From Amoebophrya sp. A120 (lineage: Eukaryota; Protista; Dinoflagellata): DNA of 64,000 bases. A program made the position numbers and the translations under genes. Positions within the stretch are counted from its first letter, which is position 1, and the number at the start of each line of letters is the position of its first letter. Of the stretch, positions 58,201 through 64,000 are shown in pieces. Below the pieces are notes generated by a model that ran no database searches, was not told the origin of the DNA, and saw nothing but the letters and a program-made list of their open reading frames with translations. The stretch is from assembly GCA_905178155.1 (NCBI GenBank), contig CAJINV010000003.1, positions 10,611,890 to 10,675,889 on the forward strand, in the 5' to 3' direction.

Positions 58201-61095
58201 CGGGCATGGAGTGGCCTACCCGGGAGGTGACATGGCAAGACTGGCGTCTCGAGTTTGGTCCCTCGGGAAGCCATTTCCCACCGAAGAAATTGATCCTGTC
58301 GCACCAGTGGCTGGAAAGCTCTACTACCAGCGCTACACGACTGATGCCAGCAGAACTGTTTCAGCAGTTTTTGCAAGACGCGTTTGCTGGAGCTGGCGCT
58401 GGACAGCATGCTCCTCGTGGAGACACAAATAAAAGCGAGAATGTCTCCGCACCCGAGAGGGAAAAAGTGCCGGGCTCGCCGGATCGTGAACGTGGCCAAT
58501 CCGAAAAAACAGAAGATGAGCAGAGCAAGATGATTCGAAGGGTTTGCGAGGAGACCTTTGAGATATCCCCATAGAAGCGTCAGCGTATTATCCATTCTAC
58601 ATTAAGATTAACATTCAAGATGAAGATGGTACTTCTACTAACGGAGCTGCTGGCGCTGCGCATTCGAGATGCCATTCAAAGAAGAGTTGTAAATCCGAAT
58701 GGCGCTGGGAGCGGGTGTCCACTAAATGATGATGATGATGATGATTCTCATGGGTAGATATTAGAAGAGCATACTGGAGCTGCCGTGTCATGAATTCCAG
58801 ACTTCTCCTGATTAGAGCCGAATGAAAATTCTCGCAATCACAAACAAGAACAGCGCCGTATCTTCTGCTTCAGACTTGTACATTAACATTTCTATATGCA
58901 TTTGCAGATCATCATCATCGTAAGTACAAGATATGCTCCCTGAAAGCTAGGCTGTGGGTGATACTGACGCTTTTGTAGAGAATATCAGAACAGTCTCCCC
59001 TTTGATGATGTCCGTGGAAAATACCCGAACGTATCCAGGAAAAAACATGCATCCCACCAGTTTTTGCATGGCAAGGGCAACCACTGGAAATTATGCACGT
59101 TTTGCACGACAGTGACGAACTGGATGGAAATGGGTGTTTTTTCCTGGATAGAACGGGATCTACTTCGGAAGTCCTGGGATGATCCAGAAAATCTGTGCTG
59201 GAGCTCCGCAGTATTTTCATCTTGCGAGGAAACAGCTGAAAAAGAACGATGAAGGATTCTTTTCCTCCCTTGGTGAGGAGCTCCCGTGGCGGGGGCATCC
59301 CAAAAGCAGCACGACCATTACTTCTTCTAGTACCGCAAAAAAAGATGATCGCGCGTTGGTGCTCGCGGAGTTCATTTTGGAGATGGATCTCTTTTTCTTG
59401 GGTATCAAAGGCCTGGACTTGCAGTTTGTATCAGCGATGAGCCTCCACGTCCGGCCGGGTCCAAGTTCTCCCAACGCTGGCGCTCGGTCACCGAGGAGAA
59501 GTTTTGTTGAAGACGTCGATTTATTGAGGTACGGGGACGATGCCAATCATAACACGTCGGCGGGGGCCGCATCTTTGTTAGCATCGGCGTCCTCTTCGTC
59601 CGACTCCGTTGTTCTCTACACTTACTACAACGCATGGCCGCCGACTCGCGCGTTGGGGTTACTTGAGCAGCAGGATAGAGTTCTGCCGTTTCTGGAGAAC
59701 CGTATGTCATTTCAACCAGACTTTCGGGCGTCCGGCATATGCCTGCGAGAGACCGAAAGTTACCTGGGACTGCTGGCGCACCGGGGCGTAAGTGCCCGCT
59801 TTGCTGTCAAGTACGGCGTCGATAACTTCAGCGTAGACCACGACGGGGCCGCCGCCGCTGGTCACCAACACCAGAGTGCTGGTGCGGCTTCGGTATTCTT
59901 TAGCAGGACAAGTGGTCAATCGAAAACACATCACTCCTCGCGCTACCAGGGACCTCGACCTCTTTCTCATCGGCTTGCCAAGCAGGAGGAGCAAGCATCT
60001 CCTTCACCCGCCCAACAAGAAGTTGATACTGTCGCGGAGAGCAGAGCCACACGCTCGTCGGGCATCGTGCTCGGACGCTTTGCGCGCGGAATGGGGCGGT
60101 GTCTAATGTTGTTCTACCGCAGGAGAAGTAGGCAGCATCGATCAAGAATTACAACAAGCGCGGCCAGCGGGAAGTTAAACATGGAGCATGGGCAACACAT
60201 CCAGGAAGAGGAACAATCTATCCTGGGTCTTCTCGTTGCCTTCTTCGAATGCCTTGCATACGAACACACGGTTCGCATACCGCCCTTTGAATTTGATGCG
60301 ACCGGGCAACAGCTACTGGATCCCGACGCGACGGCGCAGCTCCTGTCTTGCGAAAACAGGCCGGTAGCCAGTGAAACGCTCAGCGAGATAGCAGGACCCT
60401 CGGCGTCAAAGCCAAAAGGAAGTGGAGTAGTTGACTCTGAGCTTATTATGCTGAATCCGCTCTGCTATCTTACGGTGCCAGACACTCGCGCGGGAGGGGG
60501 TGCTGAGTACCACCAGGCGCAGGTCGATTCTTTTCGGCAAGTCATGGAGAAGTTGGTGCTTCCAAAGCCAAGCGGCGTGACGCGGCACCCCGATGCCCCG
60601 GATGAGGTAATATGGTGGCACCCAAAGGCCTTTCACGCACGCAGACTGGCTCGGATGAATAATGAAACGGAAAGAAGCGCTCCTTATCATTTTACTCGCT
60701 TCGGTTCAGCATCCGTTTCGTATTCTTCCGCGGCCGATGAAGCTGCAGCTTCGTGGGAGGACGGTTTGGCGATGCCCGTGCCACCCAGTGTATTCGTTGT
60801 CGGGCCCCAATTGCTGACTGGCTCATCGGAACCATTGGTAGACTTACGGCTGGAACGCAAAAGCCAGAGACAAATAAAACTCCAGGTCCAAGAAGAACAA
60901 GCAGCCCAAGAACGTCGAGGCAAGACCAACGACGAGCCCTTGTTCGAGGAAACGCCACGGCGTGGCAAGCTCGAGTTGCTCGAAGCAGCCGAGGAACTAG
61001 TGTGGTACGATGGACAGACGCACATGAATGCCCATGCTTACGTGCAGTTTTCCCTGCAGTTGTACGCACGGTTTTTCTATCCAGTGCAAAGTTAG
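55290..61095 (+). CDS. Secreted/membrane protein with a very divergent PLOD-like (GT-A) glycosyltransferase signature; exons ~55290/55416-55993, 56951-~57794, ~57978-58561, ~58979-59030, 59152-61095
   Basis: Signal-peptide-like VVFLWCLALCIASCASE; ordered motifs IKILATS, ADLVLFLSPF, KKLILSHQW, KYPN(N)GIYFG, NDEGFF recall PLOD GT-domain motifs (LLVxTVAT, DxVxFTD, LLFSAE, YLNSGxxxG, DDQxFF). The domain call is tentative. Confidence 0.5.
56132..56371. mobile_element. TA-ended MITE with ~45-bp TIR, internal 19-bp IR and TSD CGTAG
   Basis: TATGGGAGCGTCAGGATCGAAATCGACAAAATCG vs reverse complement TATGGACGCGTCAGGATCGAAATTCGCAAAATCG; TTTCGATTCTGACACACTC (56223) / GAGTGTGTCAGAATCGAAA (56275); CGTAG at 56127-56131 and 56372-56376. 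Confidence 0.88.
59032..59150. mobile_element. TA-ended introner, perfect 16-bp TIR, TSD GAACG
   Basis: TATCCAGGAAAAAACA / TGTTTTTTCCTGGATA; GAACG at 59027-59031 and 59151-59155; GT-AG intron 59031-59151 in frame. Confidence 0.9.
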
Positions 61096-62931
61096 TTTTT
61101 GTTTCGTACAGGTACGTATGATTGCGATATTTTGCATGATAATGAATATGAATTCACTTCCTTCCATGAAGATGAATCCGCATTGCCGTCAATTTTGAAA
61201 TTGTTGAATCTGAGTAGCAAAATAATTAGCCGACGACGCGCCTGGATCAAAAATAAAAAACGGTGACGACGAGCCTGGATCACCTCCCTTTCCGATCTGA
61301 TGCCGTTACTGATTTTTCTCGCAGTTTTAGCTTTGTGATTTGTAGTTTAAAAAAAAAAATGGGATCGGATTTTTTCGGAACTATCTAAACTGAGAACGGA
61401 ACCAACAGCCACCACACCGCGGCGCTTCGCACTTGTCGCCATTCAGTTTCTTTTCGTATATGTTGTTTTTTTTTTTTGTTCTCTTCAGCTAGCTTCAAGC
61501 TCGTTTTCTTCTTCAAGTTTTGTTTTCTCTTTTTCTCTCTATCCAAAATAGATATTCTCTCTTTCCTTCTTCTCTTAGAGGAGACAAAATTTGCGGTATT
61601 TGCGTCCGCCCCGCGCCATTCGTTTGCCACGGCCCCCGTCCTCGCCCCGTCTATGTGTGTTCTTCTTGCTGATGGTTGGCGTCCCGCGGATATGCGCGGG
61701 TGCCAGCGGCGGCGGCAAACTTCCAGGGGTTTCTCCTATTAGAGGCGTAGGCCAGGAAAGTTAGCCCCTATGCGGGGCTAAACGGTCAGGCGCTACCTAG
61801 CTCCCGATGCTGGGGAGACGCGCGGCGCGCTGTTCTCATGATCGATGGAAGAAGGCCGATGCGGCCTCCCAGTGGCGGAAGTTGGGGCGCCCTTTTTTGG
61901 GCCGATTAGCTTTACAGCAGTGGGGCATAGATATGCCCCTCCGCCCAGTCTTAGCTCCAACGCCGGCAGTTTTTTCGCAGTCTTCCGTGCCCCAGGGCTC
62001 CTTGGATGTGGTTGCCACATCCAAGAAAGGAGCTCCTTCTTGGGTGCGGAAGACTGCGGGCTAACCGATGGAAAGGCAAACAGCCCCATTGCCGTTGCTG
62101 GGAAGCCGTGGCAGGCTCGGCCCCTTTGTTGATGGTGACCCTGCTTGGCTATAGAAACAACATCAAGAAAAACGCCGCGCAGCGACAGGAGGGTGCGCAA
62201 GAGAGGGCTACCGCGGGCCTTAGGCCTCCCTCGCTCAGGGATTTGCTTTGCTTTGAAAGTCGCCACGCGTCTAGCAGACAGCCGAGATGGCTCGGCCGCC
62301 TGTGCGCTGGTCGCCCGGCCGGGGCTTCTCGGACATTTCTCCGTTTCCGTTTCCGCATCTGTTTCACGGCTTCGGGTTCCGTTCATTCTCAGTCTCGCCC
62401 CTTTTTTAAAAAAAAAACACGAGAGGAGGCGGGGAAGGATCCAAGAGTCGCGAAATATTTCCGCTCTCAGTTTAGACAGTTCCAAACAAAGCCACATCCA
62501 AAAAAATAGCAAAATAATTAGATAAGACGCAGCTTTTTCTACGAGTACGAGATGGAGATCGATATTTTTGCAATGCATATTTTTCGCATGACGGGCGCAG
62601 GTGGGAGCGGCCTCCGCGAAAGTGTATGAGACGAGTGCACGATCCCCTCTCCTCCTCGTTTGTCACGCAAGAACGCGACTCGAGTCGTTGCCTTCTGCTT
62701 TTCGCACTGCTTGCGTGACCAGCTCCATGATTGGGCCAAACATTACTACGACGCGCTTGATGCATGTAATAAATTTATTGCGGCGCACAATTTAAGAACC
62801 CAAACAGCACGTCGAGGAGCACTGCAAATCTGCATCTTGCTGACCACGCTTGTCGTGTTCGTGTTGACGCTGCCCATGGCCTCGAAATGAGGAGCAGGGG
62901 GAAAGCGCCGGCGAGTGACGCACTCTCATAA

Positions 62932-63684
62932 AGCGAGTGGTCCTTCCTAAAGTACGCGGGTCTGGTGGGTCTTCCCAGTGTGCAAAGTGAGCTCGTGGAA
63001 GCGTACCAATTTGTTTCGAACTGGTGGCGATCTCTCAGCCACGAAGTCCCCGGGGTCGTGCGTGTGGAAAACATCGTCGTGCCGTACAAGATGACCAATC
63101 TAGACTTGTTGCGTCAGCGGGATCAGCCGCAGCCTTGGGAAGACGACATTGACGTGATGCTTACCTCCGTCTTGCATTGGGAAGAAATGGAAGTGAATCA
63201 GCATGGTGCTGCGGTTCCGGTTCCGCCGCAGGTTCTGGAGCGCCGGAAGAGTCAGTACCGCGGCTGGCACAGCGTCGCCGAGTGTCTGATGACTCCGGAC
63301 GGAGATCGGCATCCGCTTTTGAATCATGACGGGGAAGAGGTCGCGGCTCCAGCACAACCTGGCGGCGACTTGCCAGCGGTCGAAGAGCAGGATGAGCATC
63401 TTGTTCCCTCGCCATGCGAGCGCAACTCTACGTTCCACCGCGGGCAGCGGCTGGCGCAGACCATGCAGTTCTTCCTCCGCTACTTTCGGCACTGGTTTCG
63501 GTATGGCTACATTGGCACGCTAGGCAACGGGTACATCCACTTGCGAAAAATGTCCGCAATCGCGATCCCCGTGGATATTCAGGTCCGGCTGTATGAACCC
63601 CCCGGGCGCTACGTACCTGCGGGCCTGCTCTACGGGTGTCCAAGTGCACAACTCCAGCCCCCCCTCGTCGACCCCCTCATTTAA
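62932..63684 (+). CDS. Hypothetical protein exon; start or upstream exons unresolved
   Basis: ~250 open codons with protein-like composition and GC-rich codon usage; in-frame stop at 62929 and no clear start; no recognised domain. Confidence 0.4.
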   Translation, partial: SEWSFLKYAGLVGLPSVQSELVEAYQFVSNWWRSLSHEVPGVVRVENIVVPYKMTNLDLLRQRDQPQPWEDDIDVMLTSVLHWEEMEVNQHGAAVPVPPQVLERRKSQYRGWHSVAECLMTPDGDRHPLLNHDGEEVAAPAQPGGDLPAVEEQDEHLVPSPCERNSTFHRGQRLAQTMQFFLRYFRHWFRYGYIGTLGNGYIHLRKMSAIAIPVDIQVRLYEPPGRYVPAGLLYGCPSAQLQPPLVDPLI

Positions 63685-64000
63685 AGGGCAAGACCAGCAA
63701 TAAAATATAAAGTAGAATTCAATCCGCACCACGACTTGCAGTACAATTCAGGGCGGACAAGATTGTACTAGTAGTGCTGATGTTTCGGTTCCCGAACCCG
63801 AAACTTGTTGTTATACGAATAATCCGCTAAATAGTGCCAAAAGTGACACCAGGGACCGCGAGTGCAACAGTATTTGGTATTTTGCATAACAAACGAGGAG
63901 GGTCGGTGTCGGGGGAGTTGTGCACTCCCATAAGCGGGCGCCAGTGCACATTCACCCCGAGCGTTTTCTCGATCTCACCGCGTGGTATATCCCGGGTATC

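Noticed and set aside
10865-61069. Numerous long minus-strand and off-frame ORFs overlapping the main exons
   Set aside because: Shadow ORFs expected from GC-rich, stop-poor coding DNA; no domain signatures.
1-64000. Dinoflagellate spliced-leader relics, tRNA/rRNA genes, autonomous transposase
   Set aside because: No CCGTAGCCATTTTGGCTCAAG-like match, cloverleaf or DDE ORF was recognised by eye; a computational scan could still find weak cases.

Overview
Eukaryotic, gene-dense 64 kb window. About 10 multi-exon or intronless protein-coding genes all lie on the + strand. The unidirectional layout, low-complexity-expanded proteins and introns bounded by inverted/direct repeats suggest a syndinian dinoflagellate such as Amoebophrya (inference, not verified). 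Recognisable genes: a small-Tim (twin CX3C) chaperone with an apparent C-terminal membrane anchor, a CS/NudC-domain co-chaperone, proteasome activator PA200/Blm10, an intronless ST6Gal-like GT29 sialyltransferase between two ~1.1-1.2 kb direct repeats, two HPR/RAP-like RNA-binding proteins, a large coiled-coil/low-complexity protein and a divergent PLOD-like glycosyltransferase. The most striking signal is that many introns are short TIR elements ('introners') sharing one architecture: TA...TA termini plus a 5-bp target-site duplication. Where the TSD has flanking Gs, this automatically builds a GT-AG intron that leaves one extra codon. Elsewhere the frame is restored by removing the element plus one TSD at non-canonical boundaries. 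The window also holds a 432-bp foldback element with a 10-bp TSD, other palindromes and several tandem repeats. All exon structures were hand-derived from frame continuity and need RNA-seq confirmation. No rRNA, tRNA, CRISPR array or transposase was recognised.
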